Below are positions 7,788 to 16,316 of a stretch of 48,929 bases of DNA, in pieces (within the stretch, counting starts at the first letter, position 1; the number at the start of each line of letters is the position of its first letter). Under the pieces are notes generated by a model. It was not told the DNA's origin and did not search any database. It saw only the letters and a program-made list of their open reading frames with translations. The DNA lies in assembly GCA_036559195.1 (NCBI GenBank), contig DATBTN010000042.1, positions 1-48,929 on the forward strand. Reading direction: 5' to 3'. The stretch is from Vulcanimicrobiaceae bacterium. Lineage in GTDB: Bacteria; Vulcanimicrobiota; Vulcanimicrobiia; Vulcanimicrobiales; Vulcanimicrobiaceae. A program made the position numbers and the translations under genes.

Positions 7788-8030
7788 ATGTCCACCACGT
7801 TCGATAAAGTCAAGAAGATCATCGTCGAGCAGCTCGGCGTTGACGAGTCTGAGGTTACCACCGAAGCCTCGATCACCGATGATCTGGGAGCTGACTCACT
7901 CGATCAGGTCGAGCTCGTGATGGCGTTCGAGACGGAGTTCAACATCGACATCCCCGACGAAGAGGCCGAGAAGATCAAGACCGTCGGCGATGCGGTAACC
8001 CGTATCGACCAAGCAACCGCGAAAGAGTAA
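7788..8030 (+). CDS. acpP: acyl carrier protein
   Basis: 80 aa with the DLGADSLD phosphopantetheine-attachment motif. AGGAGA SD sequence. Confidence 0.95.
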   Translation: MSTTFDKVKKIIVEQLGVDESEVTTEASITDDLGADSLDQVELVMAFETEFNIDIPDEEAEKIKTVGDAVTRIDQATAKE

Positions 8031-8045
8031 GCACCTAACACAATC

Positions 8046-9380
8046 ATGCTAGACCAACTCTCCGAACGGTTAGGCGCGATCTTTTCGCGCTTGACCGGTC
8101 GAGGCCGTTTGAGCGAGACCGACGTCAGCGAAGTGATGCGCGAAGTGCGCATCGCCTTGCTCGAGGCCGACGTTTCGCTTGCCGTTGCCAAAGAGTTCGT
8201 CAACGCAATCAAGGAAAAAGCGGTCGGGGCCGACGTGCTCGCGTCGCTCTCGCCGGCGCAGACGATCGTCAAGATCGTCAACGATCAGCTCATCGAATTG
8301 CTCGGAGGCGCGCAGGCTCGCCTGCAGTTCTCCGACGCGCCGCCGTCGGTCATCATGCTCGTCGGTCTGCAGGGGTCGGGTAAGACGACGCACGCGGGTA
8401 AGCTCGCGATGCGTCTGAAAGAACAGGGCCGGCGTTCGCTGCTGGTGGCTGCCGACGTCTATCGTCCGGCCGCCATCGCCCAGCTGCAGACGCTCGGTAA
8501 ACAGGTCGATCTGCCGGTCTACGATCAGGGATCGGGCGATCCGGTAAAGATCGCGCGCGACGGCGTAGCCGAAGCGAAGCGGCTGGGGCTCTCGACGGTC
8601 ATCATCGACACGGCGGGCCGCCTGCAAATCGATGACGCGCTCATGACCGAGCTCGAAAAGATCAAGGCGGCGGTCAACCCGAAAGAGATTCTTTTCGTCG
8701 CCGATGCGATGACGGGTCAAGAAGCGACCAACGTCGCCAAGGTCTTTAACGAACGCTTGGGCATCACCGGCGTGATTCTCACGAAGATGGACGGCGACAC
8801 GCGCGGCGGCGCGGCGCTCTCGATCTACAAAGTGACCGGCGCGCCGATCAAATTCGTCGGCGTCGGCGAGAAACTCTCGGCGCTCGAGCAATTCTACCCC
8901 GACCGGCTCGCCTCGCGGATTCTGGGCATGGGCGACGTGCTCACGCTCATCGAGAAGACGCAGAGCGTTTACACCGAGCAGCAGGCCAAGGATCTCCAGC
9001 AAAAACTCGTCAAGTCGCAGTTCACGCTCGACGATTTCTTGGATCAAATGCGCCAGATTCGCAAGATGGGCAGCCTGGGCGATATCATGAAGATGATTCC
9101 CGGCGTCTCACGGGCGCTCCCGAAAGATTTTGAGATCCCCGAAAAAGAGATCTCGAAGATCGAAGCGATCATCTGCTCGATGACGCTTCGCGAACGCCGC
9201 GATCCCGCAGGCGTTCTCAACGGCTCGCGCCGCAAACGTATCGCGAGCGGCAGCGGCACGCAAGTAGCCGATGTGAACCGTCTCATCAAACGCTTCGAAG
9301 AGTCGCGTCAAATGATGAAAAAGATGGGCTTAGGCGGCGGTAAGAAACGGCCGCGCATGCCGTTAGGCTTGATGCGCTAA
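8046..9380 (+). CDS. ffh: signal recognition particle protein Ffh
   Basis: 444 aa. N domain, GTPase G domain (GLQGSGKTT, DTAGR) and Met-rich M domain. Confidence 0.95.
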   Translation: MLDQLSERLGAIFSRLTGRGRLSETDVSEVMREVRIALLEADVSLAVAKEFVNAIKEKAVGADVLASLSPAQTIVKIVNDQLIELLGGAQARLQFSDAPPSVIMLVGLQGSGKTTHAGKLAMRLKEQGRRSLLVAADVYRPAAIAQLQTLGKQVDLPVYDQGSGDPVKIARDGVAEAKRLGLSTVIIDTAGRLQIDDALMTELEKIKAAVNPKEILFVADAMTGQEATNVAKVFNERLGITGVILTKMDGDTRGGAALSIYKVTGAPIKFVGVGEKLSALEQFYPDRLASRILGMGDVLTLIEKTQSVYTEQQAKDLQQKLVKSQFTLDDFLDQMRQIRKMGSLGDIMKMIPGVSRALPKDFEIPEKEISKIEAIICSMTLRERRDPAGVLNGSRRKRIASGSGTQVADVNRLIKRFEESRQMMKKMGLGGGKKRPRMPLGLMR

Positions 9381-9441
9381 AATGTGCTCTCTACCAACTC
9401 GCGTGGTTTACGCGAACAACGTATCCTAATGGAAAAACAAC

Positions 9442-9735
9442 ATGGTTAAGATCAGACTGCGGCGCATGGGCGCCAAGAAACAACCGACCTATCGTTTCGT
9501 AGTCGCCGACGCGCGCTCGCCGCGCGACGGGCGCTTCATCGAAATTCTCGGCCATTACAACCCGCGGACCGAACCGCGCACCGTGGTCGTGAACGAAGAG
9601 AAGGCCAAGGCGTGGCTCGCTAAAGGCGCGCAGCCGTCGGACACCGTTCGCCGCCTCTTTGCCGAACGGGGCATCATGGAGCGCGGACCGGTTCCCACGA
9701 GTAAGCGTAAGCCGAAGTCGGAAGGCGCTGAGTAA
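9442..9735 (+). CDS. rpsP: 30S ribosomal protein S16
   Basis: 97 aa. [34 protein letters not shown]... Confidence 0.95.
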   Translation: MVKIRLRRMGAKKQPTYRFVVADARSPRDGRFIEILGHYNPRTEPRTVVVNEEKAKAWLAKGAQPSDTVRRLFAERGIMERGPVPTSKRKPKSEGAE

Positions 9736-10295
9736 TGAGCGCCTTCGATGACGAATTCGGACTATTCGGCGAAGGCGGCGAAGAGGACGAGCGTCGCTCG
9801 ACACTAGGCGCGCGCAAAATCGCGTCGAGCGAAACGATCATCGACGACATCGAACCCGAAGACGAACGGCCCGCTCGCCGGAGCAACGGCCCGGGCGAGC
9901 GTTCGAGCGGCGGCTCGGGCGGTTTTCGCGGCCGCACGCAAGGCGGAGGCGGCGGGCGCCGCTTCGCCGAGAAGCGCAACCGTCCGCCCGCCGATCCCGT
10001 CGCCGCGCAGCAGCGAGCCGGCGACCTGCTCGAATTTCTCGCCAAGAAACTGGTCGCGAAACCCGAAGTCGTGGCGATCGAATCGTATCCGGCCGACGGT
10101 CCCGAACCGCCCGTGCTGGAACTGCTCGTCGACGGTGAAGATCTCGGAAAAGTCATCGGCCGCAGCGGGCGCGTCGCGCAAGCGTTGCGAACGATCATTC
10201 GCGCGACCGCCGAAGGCCGGATCGCCGTCGATATCTACGATCTCGACGAGGATGCCAACGAAGGCGCCGAGGATTCGACCGACGCCGAAGAGTGA
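9735..10295 (+). CDS. KH-domain RNA-binding protein (YlqC/UPF0109-like) with long acidic/RGG-rich N-terminal extension
   Basis: TAATG overlap with rpsP. C-terminal LVDGEDLGKVIGRSGRVAQALRTIIRA is a KH fold. The first ~110 aa are low-complexity (EE/D-rich, RGG/GGG). Confidence 0.75.
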   Translation: MSAFDDEFGLFGEGGEEDERRSTLGARKIASSETIIDDIEPEDERPARRSNGPGERSSGGSGGFRGRTQGGGGGRRFAEKRNRPPADPVAAQQRAGDLLEFLAKKLVAKPEVVAIESYPADGPEPPVLELLVDGEDLGKVIGRSGRVAQALRTIIRATAEGRIAVDIYDLDEDANEGAEDSTDAEE

Positions 10296-10302
10296 TGGCG
10301 AT

Positions 10303-10806
10303 TTGCCGGTCGGGCGCATCGCGGGCATTTTTGGGTTAAACGGCGAGTTGAAGTGCGATCCGACGAGTGCGGGTCGCACGCTCTTTTTCAAAGATGCCGA
10401 ACTGCGCTTGATCGACGCCGGCGGTGCCGCCCGCACCGTGCGCCTCGAAACCGTTCGGGAGCACAAGGGCCGCTTGCTGGTTCGTCTCGCGGGCATCGCC
10501 GATGCGACCGCGGCCGAAGCGTTCGCCGGCGCTACGTTTTACGCCGATGCGACGCAGATCGACCTCGACGAAAACGAGTATCTCGATCGCGATCTCGTGG
10601 GCTGCACGCTCTACGATGACTCGGGAGCCTCGCTCGGTGTCGTCACCGCCGTTCAGCATTTCCCGACGTCGGATATGCTGGTCGTCGGCGGAAAGCTCGT
10701 GCCGATGATCCACCAATTCATCCGCTCGATCGACATCGCGAAACGATCGGTCGTCGTCGATCTGCCGCTGGGTCTACTCGACGAAACGCAGGCCGAAGAA
10801 GGCTAA
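10303..10806 (+). CDS. rimM: 16S rRNA processing protein RimM
   Basis: VGRIAGIFGLNGELK... plus a PRC-barrel C-terminus. The TTG start at 10303 is the first in-frame start after the KH gene stop. The exact start is uncertain. Confidence 0.8.
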   Translation: MPVGRIAGIFGLNGELKCDPTSAGRTLFFKDAELRLIDAGGAARTVRLETVREHKGRLLVRLAGIADATAAEAFAGATFYADATQIDLDENEYLDRDLVGCTLYDDSGASLGVVTAVQHFPTSDMLVVGGKLVPMIHQFIRSIDIAKRSVVVDLPLGLLDETQAEEG

Positions 10807-11606
10807 CCGATCGCGATCGACCGCATGGAGATCGATCCCAAATCGATTCCCGACGTGGGAAAGGTCAGCGCGTCGCCGGATTGCCGCGCGGCGAGTGCGT
10901 ACAACAACGGCAGATAGTGTTCCGGCGTGGGTATCGAGAGCAGCGCGTCGCCGCCGAGAGCCTCGTAGTCGATCAGCGGCTGGTGTTGACCCCGCTCGAT
11001 GAACTCCGCCGCGAGTGCATCGAAACGTTCGGCCCAATCGTGCGCCTTCGATCGCCCGTCGCCCCACGCGGCCGCCTCCAGATTGTGCACGATATTCCCG
11101 CTGCCGACGATTAAAACGCCCTCGTCGCGTAACGGCGCTAGCCGCCGCGCGAGATCGTAATGCCATTGCGGCGGCTTCGTTTCATCGATACTCAGTTGCA
11201 CGACCGGAACGTCCGCTTCGGGAAAGACATGGCACAAGACCGACCACGTTCCGTGATCGAGTCCCCAGGTTTCATCGTTGCTTACCTGCGTTCCGGCGAG
11301 CAGCGCGGCGACGCGCTCGACGAGTTGCGCGCTTCCCGGAGCGGGGTACTGCATCTCGAACAAGGCCTTGGGAAAGCCGCCGAAATCGTGAATCGTCCGG
11401 GGGTGCGGCGACGACGTCACGGCGACGCCCGGAACGTACCAGTGAGCGGAGATCGCCAGTACGGCTGCGGGGCGCTTTTCAAGACGCTCGCCGATGCTCT
11501 TCCATGCGCGCGTCCAAGCATTGTCGGCGAGCGCGTTCATCGGATTTCCGTGGGCCAAAAACAGGACGGGCATGCGATTCGTCATCGCAGTCGGCCTTCG
11601 CGACAC
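10803..11606 (-). CDS. class III extradiol dioxygenase (LigB family; YgiD-like 4,5-DOPA dioxygenase)
   Basis: 267 aa. Conserved LFLAHGNPMNAL, ISAHW and GSGNIVHNL motifs of the YgiD/LigB family. Alternative start at 11585. Convergent 4-nt overlap with the rimM stop. Confidence 0.75.
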   Translation of the reverse strand: MSRRPTAMTNRMPVLFLAHGNPMNALADNAWTRAWKSIGERLEKRPAAVLAISAHWYVPGVAVTSSPHPRTIHDFGGFPKALFEMQYPAPGSAQLVERVAALLAGTQVSNDETWGLDHGTWSVLCHVFPEADVPVVQLSIDETKPPQWHYDLARRLAPLRDEGVLIVGSGNIVHNLEAAAWGDGRSKAHDWAERFDALAAEFIERGQHQPLIDYEALGGDALLSIPTPEHYLPLLYALAARQSGDALTFPTSGIDLGSISMRSIAIG

Positions 11607-11665
11607 CGGAGATCCTTTCCGGTCGCGCCAGGCGCGGGCGAGACGGCGGAAGAAGGCGTCTTCAA

Positions 11666-11851
11666 ATGAGTAACACCCTCAACGCACTCCAGAAACAGCT
11701 AGGACCGGGGACCGCCCAAAAGTCCCGCGATCCGCGCGTCACCGGGCTTCACAAGTGGCCCTGCGGCTGCTGGGCGCAGAGCGTTGGACGCAATCCGCGC
11801 TGGAGTATGATCGCCACCTGCGAGCAGCACCGCGAAACGCCAGGGCTCTAA
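11666..11851 (+). CDS. candidate small Cys-rich protein (CxC...CxxH), 61 aa
   Basis: ATG at 11666 with GAAGAAGG about 10 nt upstream. MSNTLNALQKQLGPGTAQKSRDPRVTGLHKWPCGCWAQSVGRNPRWSMIATCEQHRETPGL. GC-rich third positions are consistent with coding. No known family assigned. Confidence 0.25.
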   Translation: MSNTLNALQKQLGPGTAQKSRDPRVTGLHKWPCGCWAQSVGRNPRWSMIATCEQHRETPGL

Positions 11852-11871
11852 CGGCGGTTCGGTCGCGGCGC

Positions 11872-12852
11872 TTACGCGTTGTTCGGGTGGCTGGTCGCGT
11901 AGGATTGAACGGCCGTTTGGATCGCGCCGGTCAGGCTATCGGCCGTGCCCGACGCTTGCGAGAGCGGCGCGCCGAAACACGTGTAGACGTCGAGCGTGAA
12001 CGTGTATTGGGTCTTGTGAAAGAATCCGCTCTTGACCGATGCCGTTTTCACGCTGCCGCTCGCGACCGTATTATCGCGTTGCGTGCCGCAGATGCCGTTG
12101 GCGTTCGCGGCGGCGTTGCCGGCGACGCCGCTCATCGTGGCGTTATAGTAGGTGTCGAGGGACGCGAGGAGCGTCCGCGTTCCGGCGGCTAGCTCGCTGC
12201 CCGTAAGATCTCCGGCGATTCGCACCACGAAGATTCCCTTCGCCGGTTTGCTCGCCGGCGTAGCTTTCGGCTTAGGCGTGGCTTTCGCGCCGCGATGTTT
12301 GAATAAGCCGCCGATGTTGGCTTCGTTACCGGGCAACGGCGTGGGCGTTGCCGATGCGGCCGACTGCTGATCGTTGAGCGCGGCGCTGAAACGATTCTGA
12401 TCGGCGATGATGGCGTCGTGAACCGCGTGCGCTTGCGCGGCGGCGTCGTTGAAGGATTGAATCTGCGCGCTGTTCGCATAGACGATCGTGCTGTTGTGCA
12501 CGCTGACCAGCTGCTCGACGAGTGCGACGCCGTCGCCGAGCGCCGTCATGTAGCCGGAGAGGTAGTATTCGGCGTGGTTGCTCTTGGCATCGGCCGGATA
12601 GTCGCTGCGTTTGACGGTCGCGCTTCCGTCGATAGTCGTAACGCCGCCGCCTTCGCGCATCTGCTGCACGAAGAGCTGCGCCGCTTTGACGCCCGTATCG
12701 CCTTTAATCTCGCCGGTGACGCTGAACGGATACACGATCACGATCGGCGCTGCGGGCGCGGGCGACGGTGCCGGCGATGGAGACGGAGTCGGCGTCGCGC
12801 CAACCAAGGCAACGCTCAGGCACAGCAATAAAACGGCGGAGACTTGACGCAC
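11872..12852 (-). CDS. secreted hypothetical protein with Pro/Ser/Thr-rich linkers
   Basis: 326 aa. Signal peptide MRQVSAVLLLCLSVALVGA followed by a TPTPSPSPAPSPAP linker. Two globular parts are separated by a second PT/K-rich linker. Confidence 0.6.
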   Translation of the reverse strand: MRQVSAVLLLCLSVALVGATPTPSPSPAPSPAPAAPIVIVYPFSVTGEIKGDTGVKAAQLFVQQMREGGGVTTIDGSATVKRSDYPADAKSNHAEYYLSGYMTALGDGVALVEQLVSVHNSTIVYANSAQIQSFNDAAAQAHAVHDAIIADQNRFSAALNDQQSAASATPTPLPGNEANIGGLFKHRGAKATPKPKATPASKPAKGIFVVRIAGDLTGSELAAGTRTLLASLDTYYNATMSGVAGNAAANANGICGTQRDNTVASGSVKTASVKSGFFHKTQYTFTLDVYTCFGAPLSQASGTADSLTGAIQTAVQSYATSHPNNA

Positions 12853-12864
12853 GGAGGTCCTCTC

Positions 12865-13548
12865 TTAGGCGAACTGTTCAGCGAACGCGCGAATTTCGGC
12901 ATTCGTTTCGTTCGGGCGCTCCAGCATGAGCAGATGCCCGGCTTCGGGCAGTATTCGCGCTCGGGCACCCTCTACCCGGTCGGCGAAGAACTGCGCGAAC
13001 TTCGGCGGGGTCAGCCGGTCGGCAACGCCCGTCAACGCGAGCAAGGGAACGCGGAGGCGGTCGAGGCGGCCCGTCGCATCGAAGGCGTCGCACGCGCGAA
13101 AGTCGCGCAGCACTTGCGCTTGCCCGGTGCGGCGCAGGCGCGCGGCGGCCGCATCGACGAGGGCCGGCGCCGGTTCGGCGAAAAACAGCGTCGCGAGGTA
13201 CGCCGCGGCTTCTTCGAAGTCGCGCTCGAGCTGCTCGAAGATCGCGGGCGCGACGCGCAGCCGCGCGCCCGACCCGAGCAGGATGACGCCGGCGATCGCG
13301 GCGGAGCCGCGCAGCGCACATTCGAGCGCGACCGCGCCGCCGAGCGAGTTGCCCGCGAGCACGACGTTCGTCAACCCGCGCTCGCCGATGTAGCTCTCGA
13401 TGAAGGCCGCAAATTCGTCGACGCTCGCGGGCTCGCCCGGCGCGTCGTGGCCGGGAAGATTGGGCGCGTGCGCGCCGGGAAACGCCGCCATTTGCGCCGC
13501 GAACACATCGCCGGTGAATCCCGATCCGTGAATGAAGAGTAGTGTCAC
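12865..13548 (-). CDS. alpha/beta hydrolase
   Basis: GTG start at 13548 overlapping the upstream stop (GTGA). VTLLFIHGSGF...GNSLGG nucleophile elbow. The longer 12865-13818 ORF would overlap the yihY-like gene. Confidence 0.75.
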   Translation of the reverse strand: MTLLFIHGSGFTGDVFAAQMAAFPGAHAPNLPGHDAPGEPASVDEFAAFIESYIGERGLTNVVLAGNSLGGAVALECALRGSAAIAGVILLGSGARLRVAPAIFEQLERDFEEAAAYLATLFFAEPAPALVDAAAARLRRTGQAQVLRDFRACDAFDATGRLDRLRVPLLALTGVADRLTPPKFAQFFADRVEGARARILPEAGHLLMLERPNETNAEIRAFAEQFA

Positions 13549-14399
13549 GATGAGACGGCCTCGCTCGGGTGGGGCAGTTCGTCGATCAGTTCGGAGACGG
13601 GCTCGGTGCCCTTGAGGTGCGCCCAGCCGGCGGAGAGCTGCGCGCCGAAAAGAAAGATCGAACCGATCAAGTAAAACCAAAGCAGCAGTGCGAGCGGCGC
13701 GGAAAGCGCGCCGTAGATCGCGCGGAAGTTTACGTGCAGCGTGTATTGCGCGAACGCAAATTGCACGGCCGGCCACGCGAGCGCGGCGAAGCTCGCCCCG
13801 GGGACCGCGAAATGCCACTTAACGCGCCGGTTCGGCAAAAACGTGTAGAGAATCAGCACGACGACGAAGACCAGCGCCATCGAGATGAGATAACCGCCGA
13901 TCTGGGTGAGATGCGCCTGATCCGGCATGGCGGCCAGCGCCACGATGACGGCGAGCAGAATCGGCAGCGAGATCGCGACCAAAAAGAGCAGGCCGACGAC
14001 GGGCAGCATGACGACCGAGAGCAGGATGTCGTGAACGAGCGGGCGCCCCTTCGGAACGCCGAGCGCTCGATCGAGCGCGTACGCTAGACCCATAAAGAGA
14101 TTCTTGCCCGACCAAACGACGAAGCCGAGCGCGATGATGGACGAGATTCCGCGGCCGTAGATATACGACCGCAGATTGCCGGCAATAAAATCGTGAAGCG
14201 CGGGCGCGAACGTATCGAAGAAGTTCAGGACGCGCTGTTCGCTGTTGGGGTAGATATACGAACCTGCCGTGATCACCAAGACGATGAGCGGGAAGATCGT
14301 AAAGAGCGCGTTGAACGCAACCGCTTGAGCCAGAAAGGCGCAGCCGTCGCGCGAGAAGCGGATGCCGGCCTCGCGGAACGCCAAGATGAGTCGTTTCAT
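13545..14399 (-). CDS. YihY/BrkB-family inner membrane protein
   Basis: Start chosen at MKRLILAF. Multiple TM segments and the FLAQAVAFNALFTIFPLIVLV motif are typical of the YihY family. An alternative ATG lies at 14447. Confidence 0.8.
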   Translation of the reverse strand: MKRLILAFREAGIRFSRDGCAFLAQAVAFNALFTIFPLIVLVITAGSYIYPNSEQRVLNFFDTFAPALHDFIAGNLRSYIYGRGISSIIALGFVVWSGKNLFMGLAYALDRALGVPKGRPLVHDILLSVVMLPVVGLLFLVAISLPILLAVIVALAAMPDQAHLTQIGGYLISMALVFVVVLILYTFLPNRRVKWHFAVPGASFAALAWPAVQFAFAQYTLHVNFRAIYGALSAPLALLLWFYLIGSIFLFGAQLSAGWAHLKGTEPVSELIDELPHPSEAVSS

Positions 14400-14425
14400 C
14401 CGATGCGGTATATCGCTCCTCGACG

Positions 14426-14935
14426 GTGATATTCCCACTTGCCGCACTCTCGCTCACCCTGGTTCTCAACGGAGCGGTCGTGCGAACGTATCTCCCTGCA
14501 TACTTGGAGCGAGGCCGCGTGCTCGCGCCGGTGGATCCCGTTGTGACGGCGGTCGCCGATCGCATCGGCTACGACGGAGCCACGATGATCGTCACGCGCG
14601 GCGACCGGTTCTCACAGGTTCGCCTCGCGCGCGCACCGGCGCCCAACGCGCTGGCCTCGACCTACGTCGCGATCGCTCCCATTCTGCGCGACCTCGGCGA
14701 CGTAGTGACGTACGATCCGCTCCTGCGCGTCTTGACGATCACCACGCCGGACGCGCGCGTTGTGGCACTCCCGACCCCGTTCAACCCGGCGGTTCCCGAG
14801 GCGAGGCCGAGCGTGGTCTTTACCCCGCAGCCCGTCTCGACGCCGCGCCCCGTTTTCACCGGCCGGCCCGTCCCGCGACGAACGCCGGTTCCGCTCTCGT
14901 CGATGACCGGCGCGACGCCCCGACCCGGATCTTGA
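14426..14935 (+). CDS. hypothetical protein with Pro-rich C-terminus
   Basis: GTG start. 169 aa with a hydrophobic N-terminus. The competing ORFs on this stretch (14362-14973 and minus 13819-14565) are Arg-rich and look non-coding. Weak SD sequence. Confidence 0.4.
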   Translation: MIFPLAALSLTLVLNGAVVRTYLPAYLERGRVLAPVDPVVTAVADRIGYDGATMIVTRGDRFSQVRLARAPAPNALASTYVAIAPILRDLGDVVTYDPLLRVLTITTPDARVVALPTPFNPAVPEARPSVVFTPQPVSTPRPVFTGRPVPRRTPVPLSSMTGATPRPGS

Positions 14936-14960
14936 CGGCTCGACGCCGGCGGCGTATAGT
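14932..14960 (+). promoter_or_regulatory. sigma70-type promoter (TTGACG-17-TATAGT) of the GntR-SPFH-hydrolase operon
   Basis: TTGACG at 14932-14937 and TATAGT at 14955-14960. The predicted transcription start falls on the operator palindrome. Confidence 0.45.
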
Positions 14961-14966
14961 CTTAGT

Positions 14967-14984
14967 GTCCTAATGTATTAGGAC
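14967..14984 (+). promoter_or_regulatory. perfect 8-bp-arm inverted repeat GTCCTAAT-gt-ATTAGGAC, probable GntR autoregulatory operator
   Basis: Palindrome located between the -10 element and the GntR start codon (14986). Confidence 0.5.
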
Positions 14985-14985
14985 A

Positions 14986-15378
14986 ATGGAGGCCATGAAG
15001 GCTCACGAGTTCCGGTTGGACGATCGTTCCGGATTGCCGGTCTACCTGCAGCTTCGCGATCAGATCCTGCACGCGATCGCCCGCGGCGCCCTGCGCCGCG
15101 GCGATCGACTGCCGACGGTTCGCGAAGTTGCGGTCGCCCTGCGGGTGAATCCCAACACGGTCAATCGCGCGTATGCCGAACTCGAACGTGACGGCGTCCT
15201 CGAAACGCAGCGAGGGCGCGGCACGTTCGTCTCCGAGGCGCCGCGCGGGGAGATGCGTCCGCATCGTTTGAAGCTGCTCGAACTCGCCGAGCGTTTCGTC
15301 GCGCAAGCGCGTTCGCTCGGCTTTGAGGCCGACGACATTCTGCGCGCCGTCAACACTCAAAATCGCAAGCAACGTTAG
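14986..15378 (+). CDS. GntR-family transcriptional regulator (short YtrA-like)
   Basis: 130 aa. wHTH LPTVREVAVALRVNPNTVNRAYAELERDGVLETQRGRGTFV. Confidence 0.8.
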   Translation: MEAMKAHEFRLDDRSGLPVYLQLRDQILHAIARGALRRGDRLPTVREVAVALRVNPNTVNRAYAELERDGVLETQRGRGTFVSEAPRGEMRPHRLKLLELAERFVAQARSLGFEADDILRAVNTQNRKQR

Positions 15379-15386
15379 GAGAGGCT

Positions 15387-16316
15387 ATGCCCATACCGAT
15401 CCTCACTCCGTCAACAGCGTCGCCGAAGGTTCGGCCGGTGACCAAACCCGCAGTGCACGCCGGCAATTCGATCTCGTGGACGCTCGCCGCGTTGATCGCA
15501 ATCGCCGGCTTTGTTACGACGGTGCGCACGAACGCCGCCGGTTATCTCGTGGGCGCCGTCGTGCTCGCCGTGCTCGTGCTCGTCATGCTGCAGGTTGCCA
15601 AGGCCTGGGAAAAGGCCGTCATCTTGCGCGCCGGCCGCTTCCGGCGCTTGGCAGGTCCGGGCATCTTCGTGATCTTGCCGGCCATCGATAGTATCGCAAC
15701 GTGGGTCGACCAGCGCGTGCAGACGACCACGTTCACGGCGGAGGAGTCGCTGACAAAAGACACGGTTCCGGTCGACGTCGACGCGGTGCTGTTCTGGGTC
15801 GTTTGGGACGCGCAGAAAGCCGCGCTTGAGGTCGCTTCGTACGGCGAAGCGATCGCCTGGGCGGCGCAGACGGCGTTGCGCGACATCATCGGCACGACGA
15901 CGCTCGCCGACCTGCTCTCGAGCCGGCAGACCGTCGATGCGTATCTCCAAAAAGCGATCGACGCGCGCACCACACCCTGGGGCATTACGGTGCAGTCGGT
16001 GGAAATCCGCGACATCAAGATTCCCGACGTGCTGCAGGACGCGATGTCGCGCCAGGCGCAGGCCGAGCGCGAACGCCAAGCACGCGTGATTTTGAGCGAA
16101 GCGGAGAAGGAGATCGCGCAGGCGTTCGTCGATGCCGGCACGATCTACGCGAGCAATCCGGTCGCGCTGCATCTACGCGCGATGAACATGCTGTACGAAG
16201 GGTTGAAGGAGAAGGGCGCGATGATCGTCGTGCCGAGCACGGCCGTCGAAACCATGGGGCTCGGTGCGATTACGGGCTTGAGTTCGATGGCCGCGCAGAA
16301 GGGAGCCGACGCGTGA
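15387..16316 (+). CDS. SPFH/band-7 (stomatin/prohibitin-like) membrane protein
   Basis: 309 aa. N-terminal TM segment followed by an SPFH domain (VILRAGRFRRLAGPGIFVILP, DVDAVLFWVV) and a coiled-coil (QAQAERERQARVILSEAEKEIAQA). Confidence 0.85.
   Translation: MPIPILTPSTASPKVRPVTKPAVHAGNSISWTLAALIAIAGFVTTVRTNAAGYLVGAVVLAVLVLVMLQVAKAWEKAVILRAGRFRRLAGPGIFVILPAIDSIATWVDQRVQTTTFTAEESLTKDTVPVDVDAVLFWVVWDAQKAALEVASYGEAIAWAAQTALRDIIGTTTLADLLSSRQTVDAYLQKAIDARTTPWGITVQSVEIRDIKIPDVLQDAMSRQAQAERERQARVILSEAEKEIAQAFVDAGTIYASNPVALHLRAMNMLYEGLKEKGAMIVVPSTAVETMGLGAITGLSSMAAQKGADA

Noticed and set aside
14362-14973. ORF 14362-14973(+) and 13819-14565(-) competing with the 14426-14935 call
   Set aside because: Both translate to Arg/Ser-rich low-complexity polypeptides typical of wrong-frame reading in GC-rich DNA. 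The minus ORF would also overlap the yihY-like gene start.
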